From the NCBI RefSeq assembly GCF_902459465.1, contig NC_047062.1, forward strand, positions 14,012,001-14,076,000: a stretch of DNA of 64,000 nt. Direction: 5' to 3'. Below the pieces are notes generated by a model, which was given only the letters and a program-made list of their open reading frames with translations, did no database searches and was not told the origin of the DNA. A program made the translations under genes and the position numbers. The DNA comes from Asterias rubens. Taxonomy: Eukaryota. Position 1 is the stretch's first letter; each line of letters opens with the position of its first letter. Of this stretch, positions 22,576 to 36,400 are shown piece by piece.

Positions 22576-23846
22576 AATAGCGAGAACATTTTCTTTCCAG
22601 AGAAGTCACATAGTAGTCTTCTGAAATATATAAAGTGAAGTTAAAATAAGATACAGGAAACTGTTTTGAAGTTTTTTATAATTTATTTCAGTAGATGATA
22701 CTAAATACTAAAATATAATACAAAGTACTGAATACACCGTATATAAAATGTAGCTCCAGCATTCTTTTCCTTGATCATTAGTATGTTTCAAAAGTGTTTA
22801 TAATTGTTGCATAATTGTGGGATTTCTCCAGAATTACTTTAACGTCAAGTCACTCAAGAAAATTTACAGGCAACCAGTTCTAAGCAATCTCCAATAAGAA
22901 ATCTCATTTATATTTAAGTTTTCAATTGTTTTTCTTGTTGTTAGTGAGTTACAGCTAAACCAATGCTCAATTGCACTGGCAAAGTTTTCCTTTTTTTTGC
23001 CATAAAAATTCCCCAGTGCGACAAGGCCTTTAAGTCAATGATATATCAGTTATTCTTGCCTGTTTTAATCGAAACAATGAAATTTTTGAAAGTTGCAATG
23101 AGCTATTTCTTCGTTGTTCTTCTGTTTTGTCCATGATAGTGTCTTTTAAACATAAGTAGCCCCAAACGAAGCTGTGCACCATCATCTAATCTGCCATGAA
23201 AAGTTAAATGATGGAAAAGTATTAATGTACCAATTTTTTACTGCATCACAGCGCTTTCAATGGTGAGTTTAACAATTACAGTTTTATTTTTGTTGACTGC
23301 CTTTCTTATGTCAATGGCCAAATAGCATCCTCCAATTATCCCTACAGGACTCCCCTATATATCCTATTTGTTTAGCATTACATGACAGTTTAAAATAAGC
23401 GATGACACATAACATGTGTCCCACCAATCGATTCAAAAGGACCCCGTGCGCAAAAGATAAAAGAAAACTATTCTTTCAGGTGTCTTAAAACTCAGAATAA
23501 ATTGGCAAACTTCATTAGGAACAATGATAGTTTTCACAGGACCAACAATCTTATTAGAACACCAAATTTTCCCCATTTGAACACAGTTTACGTCCCCTTC
23601 AGAATGTGTGGCCATGTCCAAATTGGTGGCTGCGGCTAGGGCTAGATTTGTTGTGTCATCATGCATTGAAGTACATTACATCCTTAAAGCCACACCCGTT
23701 TTAACTGCCTTTGCTGCAGTGCCATTTTGGATCTAGCCCGTTCTTCAGTGAATGGCCCTTACCCCTTTGACAAGAAAAATCCCAAATTGCACAGAAATGT
23801 TTAGAATTATAAGACATTTCACATAATACTGGTTACTTTAATTTTG

Positions 23847-24405
23847 ATTCATAAATACCTCAGACAGTTTCGCTATTCCTATTGGTGGAGAGCGCGTCAC
23901 GTGGGTGTGTATAAACCTTTGTTTATGACCGGTAAAAAGTGTTAATTCATGGGCGTGACATGCGACCTTGCACCTGTTCTTATAAGACAGTTTTTGTTAT
24001 TCCTTTTGGTCGAGAGCAACGGCTGAAACAGTTGTGCCACATCGCGCGATATGCGCGACGCGCACAGCATACCCTTTTAAGGAGTTGTTTACCCGAGGGC
24101 TGCGGAGGGCTTTACCATTTCATAGCTGGAGGGGTGTTGTGTTGAAAGAAATCATTTAACAATTATAATTTTTGCATTTATTTTACTTTTTGACCAAAAA
24201 ATGATGATGTTTTGACCGAAAAGGTATTTATGAATGGGAATCAAAGTGTGTTGAATCGGGTTCAACTAGTGGTTTAAACCTGACGAGGTCTGGTTCTTGA
24301 TAATTTACCTCGACTTTGTCTCGGTAAAATTATCAAGAACCAGGCCTCGTTGAGATTAAACCACTAGTTGAAAACCTCTTCACCACACATTGATTCCCTT
24401 ATTAA
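23847..24405 (+). mobile_element. Asymmetric non-autonomous element: 14-bp inverted repeats plus terminal ~160-bp palindrome (Helentron/HINE- or Crypton-like)
   Basis: ATTCATAAATACCT (23847-23860) and AGGTATTTATGAAT (24222-24235), then palindrome 24236-24398. Inverted copy at 34671-35213. Confidence 0.75.
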
Positions 24406-24491
24406 AAATGAGGGTTTCTTTGGTATCACAGCTTTCTATTTTGTTCTGGTTTTGATCAAGGTTATGCATCGTGGTGTCCAGGTAACCATTG

Positions 24492-27400
24492 TCACCTTTT
24501 CTCACTGTACACCTCCAAAAGGTCAAAGGTGACTTCAGTGATTTCAAACGGCGTGTGCATGACCCCTGGCTGTAGTAGATAGTGAAGTATTCCGGTGGTT
24601 TGATTGTGCTTCGTCAGACTTGAGATTTCTTCCCATCGTTCCTGAATGATGGAGACAAATGTATTGATCACAAAATACACATTTCATATAAATTGGGTTT
24701 GAACAAAGAAAAGAGAGGGATTTTACCAACAACCTCTTGTTTATATCCTATCCCTATGTTGGCAGTCTCCCTATTTTGTCAATACCTTTTATCGGGGGTG
24801 CCAGTCAGAAGCCATACAACCACATTTAAACATTCTAATCTCAGCAGCACTTGCACCAACAATTTTTCATTAGTCTTTGTTTCTTTAAACCCGACAAGAA
24901 CAGATATAGATACACTGTAGGTTTCAATAGAGCCCATCTTTACAGACGAATTTCATTTTGGCTTGCAGGCACATCAATTACTGATATTATAAACCAGCTA
25001 CCGGTATGTTGTTCACTAAACAATCGTGAATTGAGTTTTGTGAAATGTGCGCGTGCTGCACGCCGTTCTCACATGAAATGCATGACTGTGTGTTTCAAAT
25101 TGTCTGTAAAGATGGCCGCTTTACATCATATTGCAACCTATCCATAGGTCTGCAGCTTGACTTAGGAAGTAGTTGTGAGTCCCTACCTGATCATTGTCAG
25201 TGTCTCCAAACTTGTAGAGAGGTAATGTGGCGGACTGAATGAGCGGATAAACACTCTCCATACAGGCGTCGCTAAACTGCTTTTTCAACTGACCTAGGTC
25301 TCTCTGCCAAAAATAAAAAAACAGTACCAACTTCAAACACCTTCATAAACAAGCATACTGACACTCTCATGGAAGATGCAATGGAATTAGCAACATAGCC
25401 CACGGACTTTGCCCTGTTGCAGGCCTGTAATTACACACAGGGGCCACAGAGGCAATTGCCCATGCTGCCCTGGTCTTGGCCATGGTGACTTTGCCCTGTT
25501 GCAGGCCTGTAATTACACACAGGGGCCACAGAGGCAATTGCCCATGCTGCCCTGGTCTTGGCCATGGTGACCCACGAACAGTAAGAATTTCCCAGTAGAA
25601 ATGCCCTTTGCAAAATAGAAATCGCCTTGCCCTCTCAGAAAAGATGAAATTCCAGGCCTGCTATTTGCCTTTTGTTGCACTTCCCACGGACTCTCAACTT
25701 CCCAACTTGCACTTTCAGTGAACGAATTCCAGTCCCACATTATCTTACTTCCCGATTTTTGTTGGGAAAGCCCTTAGAGATGGAAGTCTTTCAATCGTTT
25801 GAGAAGTACATTTGCAGATAACAAAGTTAATCATGATGCTCAAGACTAGGTATGTCACACACCAACATTTTGCTAAATTTTTATTTTTATTTATTGTTTT
25901 ATGCAAGTCGCCTGACACACAAGGCCTGAAGGACACTTCAAGGTGTGGGCTACAATTATTTTTTCCAGAGGCCATTGCCACCTACTCCTAGGGCTGAAAC
26001 AGGGTTACCCCTTTCACAGAAAGCACTACCTCCCCAATTTTATGTAGCAAGTGTTACGACTGGGATCCGAACCCACACCCTGCTGATGATCAAACACCAG
26101 TGCTTGAATCCGGTGCTCTTAACCGCTCAGCAATGACACTGCCACACTTGGTAAACTGGTGATTGAGAACAAACCGCCATTTATGAAAATAAAACCAGCG
26201 GAGTAAAGATCAGTCGGCCAAAATCATGTTCACTGATTAATTTATCTCGCAGCCTGAATGACTCATTACCTTGTCCGATTTCTTCATTGTTCTTTTCTTG
26301 TCTGCCCAACAAGTCTGCACACAGGTAAGGAAACAATAGAAGATGGAAACAAATTACTTATAACTTTGTGAAAGAATAAAACTCAAAACTATTTTGCAGA
26401 AGCGATCCCCCCCCCATACACAACCTTGCTGATTCAGGTAGCTTTGTTGTAGTCACCCTGTGGACATTCCTTTGTTCAGTACACTTAAGGAAAATGGTAT
26501 TCTTCAACACTCTAAAAAAACACTGTCTGGATGTGTGTAAGCCCACAGGGTGACTTAAGCCTTACGTGGACATATTTCATTCCTAGGTCCACACTTTCCT
26601 GTAGCGTTAATACACAGACACACACTGAAGACTTGTGTAAGTTACACCTCCAGGAAATTAGCCTTATCCTTATACTGAAATATTAACAGTCAATATTTTG
26701 AAATGAGATATTAGAATTAAGCCCAGTTCATACTTCCTGTGCATGTGAAGCGAATTTTGGTGACGCAATAATCGGCACGCGCCCCTTTTCCAATTTTGCC
26801 GCAATGATATTCACTTCGCACTAAGTATTTGTAGGAAGTATGAACCGAGCTTAAGCTGCTCCAGACTGCTTACCAACCAAAGCGGTCTACAGTACAAAAA
26901 TGCGATAATTTCTTCAAGCCGTCACATCTTTCACAAAGGCTAAATATTTTAAAATGATAAAAATAAATAAAGCAGTATCTGAAACTACTGCTCTTTCAGC
27001 ATGTCCCCAAATAATTATGTCATTACCCTGAGTGCATCCATGATGTCTGGGTAGAGGGTAGCATGAGGGAAACTTGCCAGAACCGGACTGTGAATCAGAT
27101 CTGTGAACAAAAAACAGCAACATCAGTTAGAAGGCCACAATTTCATAGATGTTATATTGTTTTTACCCATACACCCATACACCGATGTCTATTCCGTGAA
27201 CAAAATCCGCAGGAAAATCACTCAGGTTGGATTCAAACCCGCGACCTTTACATTGCTAGAGCAGATGTCTTACCACTAGACCACAAAGCTAGCCCGACAA
27301 TCTACATGTGGTTAATACACACATCGGTGCAAGGGAAAAAACAAACGATATGAACAAGCACATTGGTCTAACAAGCTTAGCTGGGTACAATGGGTGAACA

Positions 27401-30400
27401 GTTTTAAACCTAGGAGGCAAAGTGTTTTCAGAAGTATGCATGAAGAACAGTGGTGGATTCAGGCTGTGTATTTTGCCAGAAGAGCACAGGGGTTGACATA
27501 GACGTGTAGGAGCATAGAGCAAGGACATGTATTTATATTCCTTTATAGTTTCTTATTCTAATTTTTCTTGCACACTTTTTTCCCCTTTTTTTCTTGGGGG
27601 GGGGGGTGGGGGGGGTGGGAGGCAGCAACCACCCTTTATTCCCAACAAAGAAAGGAATGACAAACAGTATTCAAAGATTTTCCTGCAAACTGACCAAGTT
27701 AGACTATTCCAGAGGACAGCATTATCTTCAGTATGGCCGCACCCCAGAAGTGCAGATAATGGTACCTATTTGGGGAGTAATAGTTTTCCACCCCCACAAT
27801 ATGCAAGATTCAATAGAATAAATTCCCAACAGCTTGGAAATTTGTCGCAATGCTGTTGTTTATCTTATTACTATTATTAATAATTATAAAACAACACAGA
27901 ATGTACAATAATGTTAGGATATCCATACTGACATATACCCAAAACCTTACCCGTATTCTGCAGGTCGATTCTGTCTGTGAGAAGAGCATCAGCCAGAAGT
28001 TTCCGATAAAATGAGAGAGCTGGGACGTAGCAGGTACTGCTAACGACTGTGTCCGGTAGAGTGCTGTACAAGAAGGGAAAGAAAACATTTTATCAAAAAC
28101 TAAACTTTGAAATAAGTGAACATTGAAATACGAATGCCCTTTCTTCTTGGAGATTGCCTGGCATTGGTTTCCTGTAAATTGCCTCAAGTGACATGTCCAT
28201 TACAAGCTAAAGAAATTAACTGTGTGTTAGCACTTCCATGAAGTGGTTAAACTAAATTAAATTTTAAAAGTTTTCAAGAAGGCACACTGCTAAAATATTG
28301 TTTTTCTAAAATCATAACATCCGTATTTACTGTAAAGGGGGTAACCCTGTTTTAGCCCTATGAGTAGGTGGCAATGGCCCCTGGATTCGAAGCCCACACC
28401 TTCAGTGGCCTTCGGGCCTTGTGTGTCTGGCGACTTGCATAAACAAATATATATATATATATATATAAAATAAAAAACACTTCTACTCACTCTAGTTCTG
28501 CCTTCTGTTCCTTGGTTGGAGTGACTAATTTGATGACTAGTCTTGGCAATTTGTTGGCTGTCATCATGGTGCGAAATTTACTTGTCGAAGCTGTCCAGAA
28601 CAAAGATGTTGAGAACAAAATTTGAAACAATATTCAGCCTTTGATTTTGTTCTTGAAGGGGCACAACAATTTTGCAAAAAGCAAAAACTCACATTTTCCT
28701 AAAAAGAAATCCTTAAACCTACACAATTTTGTAAAATAACAAAAAGTTTAAAAAGTAAAAGAAGTTTTATACCAGCAAGGTTTGAAGTTTAACACTGACA
28801 ATGAACTAGTCTTGGTTTCAAGACCTTTGCACTGAAATGGGTAAAGTTCAACAACAGAGGGAGAGGGCATCCCTATCCTTGGTTTGCACAGAATCGGTTC
28901 AACACAAACAGCAAAGGGCGTCACTACCCTTCGTTCAAATTCTAGCTATAGACAGTCGTTAGCGGCAATGAATTCAAGAACGTGACTCTCTATCGAGGTA
29001 TCACTTTACGAGTATGAGATAGAAGCGTCTTGGACCAAGACTAACAGGGACTCTTCAGTCTTACCCTTTCTGCTGATGGATGGATCTACATCAACGTCTT
29101 GTTCAAATGGAGTTCCTCCTTTGATTGGCACTTCATAAACCCTAAATGATAAACAGACATATTAGGAGCACATAATGAGTCTTTATTGACCTATATTCAG
29201 GGATGAGATTTGGAGATGGTGAAAATTCTTGAAAATGGCTTGCGAGCCTGTGTTCCCTTATTCTCGACCCTCAACCTCTAAGATGTTACAATTGAGGAGG
29301 TTTACAGACACTGTGCATCACCAGAAATACTAAAGTACAGGTTTGGACACAATGAGGACTATTCCATTCTCCCCTTAGTGACTGCTTTACTTCTTCAAGA
29401 AAGTTTGATGCTAAAGGAGGTTTAAAAAAAATCCTAAAATCAGGAAAATTCCTGAAGAATCACATGGCTGTTTATAATGCTGCAACCACGTCATGATTGG
29501 CCAATGAACAACCTCCTTTTAACCTTTAGGCGAGGGCGCCCTATTCATATGATGTCATATGCATAAGGTCTATTGACGTGGAAGTGTCGTGGCCGAGCGG
29601 TTAAGAGCACCGAATTCAAACGGTGTGGGTTCGAATCCCCAGCCGTGACACCTGTGTCCTTAAGCAAGACACTTAACCATTGCTTCGTCCTTCGGATGGG
29701 ATGTAAAGCCGTTGGTCCCATGTGTCGTGTAACGCATGTAAAAGAACCCAGTGCACTTATCGAAAAGAGAAGGGGTTCGACCAGGAGTTCCTGGCTGTGG
29801 CTGCTAAATGCGCCGCAGCACCTTGTAAACCCTTATAAGGTGCTCCATACTTGGGTCTCATAATTCATAACTTCAATAACTGATCTTTCTGAAAGTTTGT
29901 ATATACTCAGTGCCTTATTAGGTGGATACGTGCGCATAAGACTTCGATATTATTTATTATTATCATTATATTATGGAGATTATAATTGGGCATATTGGCC
30001 AGTTTAACATAGTTTGAAACAGTTACATGATTTCCTGCAATACTTACTTGTTGACAATTGGGGCACCTGTGGTTTCATCAAACAGCGGTAAGTGCACCCA
30101 GCCACAACTGAACTCTCCCTTTTCACCAGTTTTCTAGAGAAAATTGCAAGTGAAAGTAACAGGTAACTATACAAATATAAAGGCATGGTCACACAAGGCA
30201 ATTTTTACTGGCAACTCTATAGACCGATCCATTTAGCTCCGCCCCATTGCGTATTGACCAATCACAACCCATTGCACAACCAAAAGTCTGACACTATTAA
30301 GTCAGGCGTGCATGTATGCTTGGCGCATGCGGCAGAGTTGTGCAGAATGGCATTGGAGAGGCGCACGTATTCTGGCTCACACGTGCGCCGTGGGCGGAGC

Positions 30401-33400
30401 CTAATGGATCGGTCTATTGCGCTGTATGCAAAAGGAACACTTCCGTAGAACAGGTGTTATTTTTTTAAAGGATGTCTCACAATACTCAAGAAAACTAGGT
30501 AAACATTCAAATGCGAATGCCTGTTCTTCTTGGAGATTGCTTGGAACTGGTTGCCTGTAAATTGCCCCATGTGACATGTCTCTAAGGATGAACAGAAAAG
30601 TTAACTTAGAAATTAAGATTTGAGTCTAGAAGTTTGATTAACCTAGGTGTAGAACCTATTGACTTTACCTATATTCGGTACAAAATAGCACAACTGCATA
30701 ACAAATCTGCACATTGTAACTATTAACGACATTCTGTTCCAATCAACAATACAAACAAAATGGTATATATTAGGAATGGCGACTGTGAAGTGGGTCAAAC
30801 ACAAGGTTCATCAAATCAGATGCAATACGAATATGGATACATAGATGCGTTTTATTGTTTAGCATATATTTTCATAATACGCATTGCCCATTATGCACAA
30901 CGGATGACAGACACAAGGTTTATCGGACTTACCGTTCGCAGGTAGGTAAGGCAGCACTCAAACAGCAGTCCTGTAGCAGAAATAAATTGAAAGAATTACA
31001 GGTTACCCACAGTACAGGAGTGCTCAATATCAGTTTCCTTAAAGTATGCTTGGTTGCTTGGTGTATATTGGTGTATTCTTTCTAGTAAATTCAGGAAGGT
31101 TCCCAGTGCAAATGCAAAAAGAAGGAAACTTACAGTCTAGAAGCTGCGGAAATGAACGGCTACGCCCAAGGACTTTGTTTTGTTTGGCAAGTTTGAACTT
31201 GGAATACTGAACATTGGAATTGATATTCGAGCCTAGATTGTAGGATGGAGTGAAACATGCACAGGCAGGGAGTTCTAAAGAGAAGCGGCATGAAATAAAG
31301 CTGTTGTAATGGCTCTTTGTTCTACATCTCAGCAAAGCAAGTGTGTATGGGAAAGAACAAGCAAACAGCCTGGTTTAACGCTCAAACACCCTGATTAGAG
31401 GAACTTAGTCAGGCACACTGGTGTCACATTTACCATATAAATGTCTGCAGAAAAACAAAGTCTGGCTGCAGACCTATGGAGAGAAATAGGTTGTAACGTT
31501 GATCCCAACCCTTCACAAACAAGATTAACAATAATGCTTCTGCACTCTATCCAACAAAGATAAATGACTTAACTTCCAGCAATAGGGATCTTACCAATGT
31601 TTTCCTGTGTATGGGTAGTACGTACGAAGCAATCCCCATCCAGTGCACTAGGGAGCATTCCTGTCATCTACACAAGGATAAAACCATACATGAATTTCAG
31701 TTCCTTCGTAATCACTTTCATGACCAAAGCACAATTTCATAGTGCTGGTAAAGCAGACAATCTTGCTTGCCAATTTTGTTCTAAGCTAAACTTAGCGGAG
31801 TACCAGTTGAGGATGGTGCATGTGGCATGGAAGCTGGTAACCTTGTTATAGTAAGCATAATTTTGCTGTGCTTAGCAACTTTCTGTGCTTAAGCAGCTCT
31901 ATCAAAATTGGCACAGGAGAACCAGAACCCTGGTTCAATTGCTACACGCAGCTCCAAAAGTGTTTGGGCAGATATTTCAAATCACAAAAAAAATCACAAT
32001 AAAGGGGGGGGGGATTGAAAATTCAAATGTCACAGATTTGCGAAGAACTTAAATGATACATGTATAAAGAAAGTCATAGTCCAAAAACTTGCCTTCAACT
32101 ATTTTTGCCTAAAACACTACAGTTTTTGAGAAATGAGTAAAACAATTAGTTTTGATATCACAAGTCTAAAACCAGGTGCTAGAAAACAGGGAAAACATAA
32201 TTATAAGGTTTTTTCCCCAATACTTTCTTGTGACACTGTCATTGCATGATTGAAGTTACTTTCACACATGTTTGTAATGACATGTTGGTGGATACCTGTC
32301 TTTGACAATTACTTGTCCAAGTGCTTTAAAGCCATTGGACACTTTTGGTAAACAGTATTGTCCAAAGGCCCACAATTCGGGTATCGCACAACTTATACAT
32401 AAAATAACAATCCTGTGGAAATTTAGGGTCAATCGGTCAATTTAGGCTCAATATCGAGAATTGATAATTGTTTTAATGGTTTAATGTTTTCAAAAAAAGT
32501 AAAGATTTTCATGGAATAATATTTCAAGAGAAGTCTTTCACCATTACCTTCTGCAAACCCTGTAAGTTATTTGTAAATCTGTGAATTTTTTATTTTTTTT
32601 CTGTTCCGAAAGTGTCCAATGGCTTTAACATTGTTAACACATGTAGAACATAGCGTAGGGATTTACCTTTGGGGAGAACCTCCAAGTTTTGGGGTCCGAC
32701 TCAACGTATGTTGCTTGAACCGTATGAATATTACTCAGGACCTGTAAAAAATAATTTGAATAATCATAAGAATTCTAACAATTCTGTTTTTTAATAAATT
32801 TCTATTGGTTAGCCTCATAACAATGTTGCTTATAAAAAATAAGCAGACAAACAAAACAGCTAATGGAAGAAATGAAAAGATGTGTCACAAATATTACGGT
32901 CATCTTATCACCGTCATCATTGTCACTAATTATTGCTGTTATCGTCACAGTTGGTCTTTTAACTCAAGCAGGGAGAGAAGCTCCACTAAATGAAACCCAG
33001 AGTTGTAAAAATCAAGTTTTGTCTTATTACCTTTTCACCGTCAAACACTGCTACTCTGATATGCCTGTTCTTTGCTTCAATACCTGCATCATTAATATCA
33101 ATAATAAAGACATTTATCAAGCACATATCCATCCAAGTGGTGCTCAATCACTCACAAGAAGTCAAGTTATAACAAATGGCGTGTCAAATAGGTATGATTT
33201 GAATTTGGTCTTCAAACAGTCTCACATTACATTATAAAAAGGTCTGTGGCAAATATTATGTGTAACTAAAGTAGCATTTTATCTTGAAAATGAATGTAAC
33301 TCATGATAATTTTCTCAGTGTTCTAACCTAGAACAGTTTTACATCAATTACTTCCAATAGTGATTCCCACAACTGTGCAACAAGACACTTTTTGTCAGAC

Positions 33401-36400
33401 GTCTGCAGAGCTGTCAACATTTGCATCTTGCAATCAGGGAGTTTTTGTGCAACAGTCAGGGAGATATTTAGAAATAGTGATTCCCAAAACTGTGCAACAA
33501 GACACTTTTTATCAGACATCTGCAGAGCTGTCAGCATTAGCATCTTGCAATCAGGGGATTTTTGTGCAACAGTCAGGGAGATAGTCAACTTTGATCCTCA
33601 GAACATGGACAAATTACGTTTTTTCCAGAAACTTTCTGCAGAAAAGAGGAGAGTTGGCAGCTCTGCATCTGTAGACTAATACATGTACCTGGGCCTAAAT
33701 TCATAAAGCTGTTAAGCAGAAAATACTGCTCAGCAAATTTCTGTGCTAAGCAAAACATTCAGGGGCACCAGTTGCAAACAATGCAAACTTTATGGAATTT
33801 TGGCTGGTAACCAGAATCTGTTCATCAAGATTTGTCTGTGCTTAATAAGTTTTTTCTGCTAACAGGCTTTATGAAATTGGTCCCATGAGCATAACATAAA
33901 ACTATCCCTAAATGACCCAGGGTGGATTTCACAAAGATTTAAGACTAGTCTCATAACTCATCCTAACTTAGGACTAGCATTAAGTATCTAACAACTCCTA
34001 TGACCAGTCCTAAGTTACGACTATGTTTTTTTAAATCAACCCAAGGGCTCAACCTTGGCCGTCACTAACCTGCTCCAACTTGTGGCATGTTCTTGATCAT
34101 CATAACTGAAAACATCTTCTGGACGCGTACAGAGCGAGCTCTTATCTGATGAAATAAGAAATAAAAAGTTCTTAGTTTTTCCCTCCACTGCAGTGACGTC
34201 TAGAGTTTTGTTTACAATTTATTTAAAAAAACAATAAAAAAAAACAGTAGTTGTATGAAAAGATGAGGCTTTGCTGGGCTCACCTGATTTTCTTGAGGAT
34301 TCCAGAAGAGATCTTTGAAGGCAAGACTAGAGGGGCTCAGCCGAGGCTTTAAGATGTGACTCAAGGTGTACTGATCTGTTGCCATAGAAACCAAACAAAA
34401 GAATTAGTGAACATAACTATTGACTCATTAATATTTTGTTCACTGCACCGGGATCTGTTACAACTTGTCACTGACGCCATGAAGTAACATGCACATAGGT
34501 ACATTTAAAAGTGAGTGATTGATGAAAATATCGCCTGAATTTGAACGTTTTTTTAAGCACCTGGCCTTCCAAATATCAGGGTGTTTTCAACCTGTTTTCT
34601 CCTTGTGAGCACTTGACGCTTTAAACTTGATAAATATACTGTTTCTGACTGATGTTTTTTACATTCTAAATTAATAAGGGAATCAATGTGTGGTGAAGAG
34701 GTTTTCAACTAGTGGTTTAATCCCAACTAGGCCTGGTTCTTGATAACTTTACCGAGACGAAGTCGAGGTAAATTATCAAGAACCAGGCCTCGGCGGGTTT
34801 AAACCACTAGTTGAAAACCGATTCAACACACTTTGATTCCCATTCATAAATACCTTTCGGTCAAAAAACATCAATGCTTATGGTCAAAATGCAAAAATTA
34901 TAATTTTTCAATGATTTCTTTCAACACAACACCCCTCCAGCTATGAAATAGTAAGGCCCAGTCAAGGCCCTAGGGTAAACAATTCCTTATAAGGGAATGC
35001 TGTGCACGTCACACGTATCGCGTGATGTGGCACAACTGTCTTGGCCGTTGCTCTCGACCAATAGGAATGACTGTCGTATAAGCACAGGTGTAAACTCGCG
35101 TGTCACGCCCATGTTTCAACACTTTTACTGGTCATAAACAAAGGTTTATACACACCCACGTGACGCGCTCTCCACCAATAGGAATAGCGAAACTGTCTGA
35201 GGTATTTATGAATGAAAACTAAAAGAAGGAAGGTGTGTGTCAGTTTGTGAATCCCATAGATCCCCCCCCAAAAAAAAAAAAAAAAAAAAATAAGCAAAAC
35301 AGACAATTTTCATTTTCACAAAGTGGCACATTTAAATGTATTACAACATTACATACAGTATGGAAACCTGAAGGTCAATGCACATGAACCCATCACACAC
35401 CAAATTTGTGTCACTGCATTTTTTAAGTTGTTCACATTTTAGCATAGTGTGCATCGCATATTAAAGGCAAATGTACCGGTAATTGTGTGTCAGCAATACT
35501 TTAGAGGCATTTCTACTTTATGTCACTTCATGATTTCATCCATCCAATATGGTAGAAATAACAACTTTGACCCCTGACCCTCACCCTCTTTAAGAAGTCT
35601 GGCAGTCAATGAGGGCCTGAACCCTGAAGGAATTGCTCCCATGGCTGTCAATACATCGGTTACACTCGTCTGAAAAGATATAAGGAAGCAAGAAAATGAA
35701 CCCAATCATATGTGCTCCTAAAGCTCACAAAACTCTCTAGGGTTATTGACTTAGACACTTGCTCACTAATCTAATGCCATAGGGTAACATTTGTGTGTTG
35801 CATGTGTTACTTGACTATCTCCAAAAGACACTTAAAATCTTGCTTTGAACATGAGTATCAAATAGAACGATATTTTACACCATTTTAACGTGAGGTTAGA
35901 GACCTGTAAATTCTCCCCTACTATCATGAGGACTCTATCTATTGGTAAATGAGTGTATCTTTAACGTACAGGCTGGTAAAACAGTATAAGTTTTATATCA
36001 CTAACCATCAACTTCATCTAAATCTGTGCTTACCTCTGTCATTGCTTTCTTCAATCCCTTCCAGAGCTCAGTCCCACTGTGATGAATACAGAAATGAATA
36101 TCACTATCATGTATTATCACATTATTTAGTCTAAGTAGGAGACTTTCGGGACGCTTGGTGGCAGCAGACTTACCAGGTAAAATCCATTGTTCTCGGTAAT
36201 GCGCACATGCTCAGAACTAAGTAAACAATGACAATTTACCTGCTGCCACGTAGCGTTCCAAAGTCTCCCATTGGACAATGTCGAAATGTCAAACAAATAG
36301 AAAATGAATAAACTTGGTCACCTCATTCTGGGGTAAAAATGTTTGTACAAACACTGCAGTAGGTGCACGAGTAAAAACTGCTCAAGTAATGGAGCAAAAA

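Noticed and set aside
29685-29720. CGGATGGGA...AAAGCC in the SINE as a hammerhead core
   Set aside because: Lacks CUGANGA/GAAA geometry. It is ordinary SINE body sequence.
32863-33237. 124-aa + strand ORF with a hydrophobic N-terminal segment
   Set aside because: Overlaps an NPHP1 exon antisense, no recognisable homology, AT-rich intron composition. Likely chance.
33328-33679. Internally repeated ORFs in several frames
   Set aside because: By-products of the 117-bp tandem repeat in an intron.
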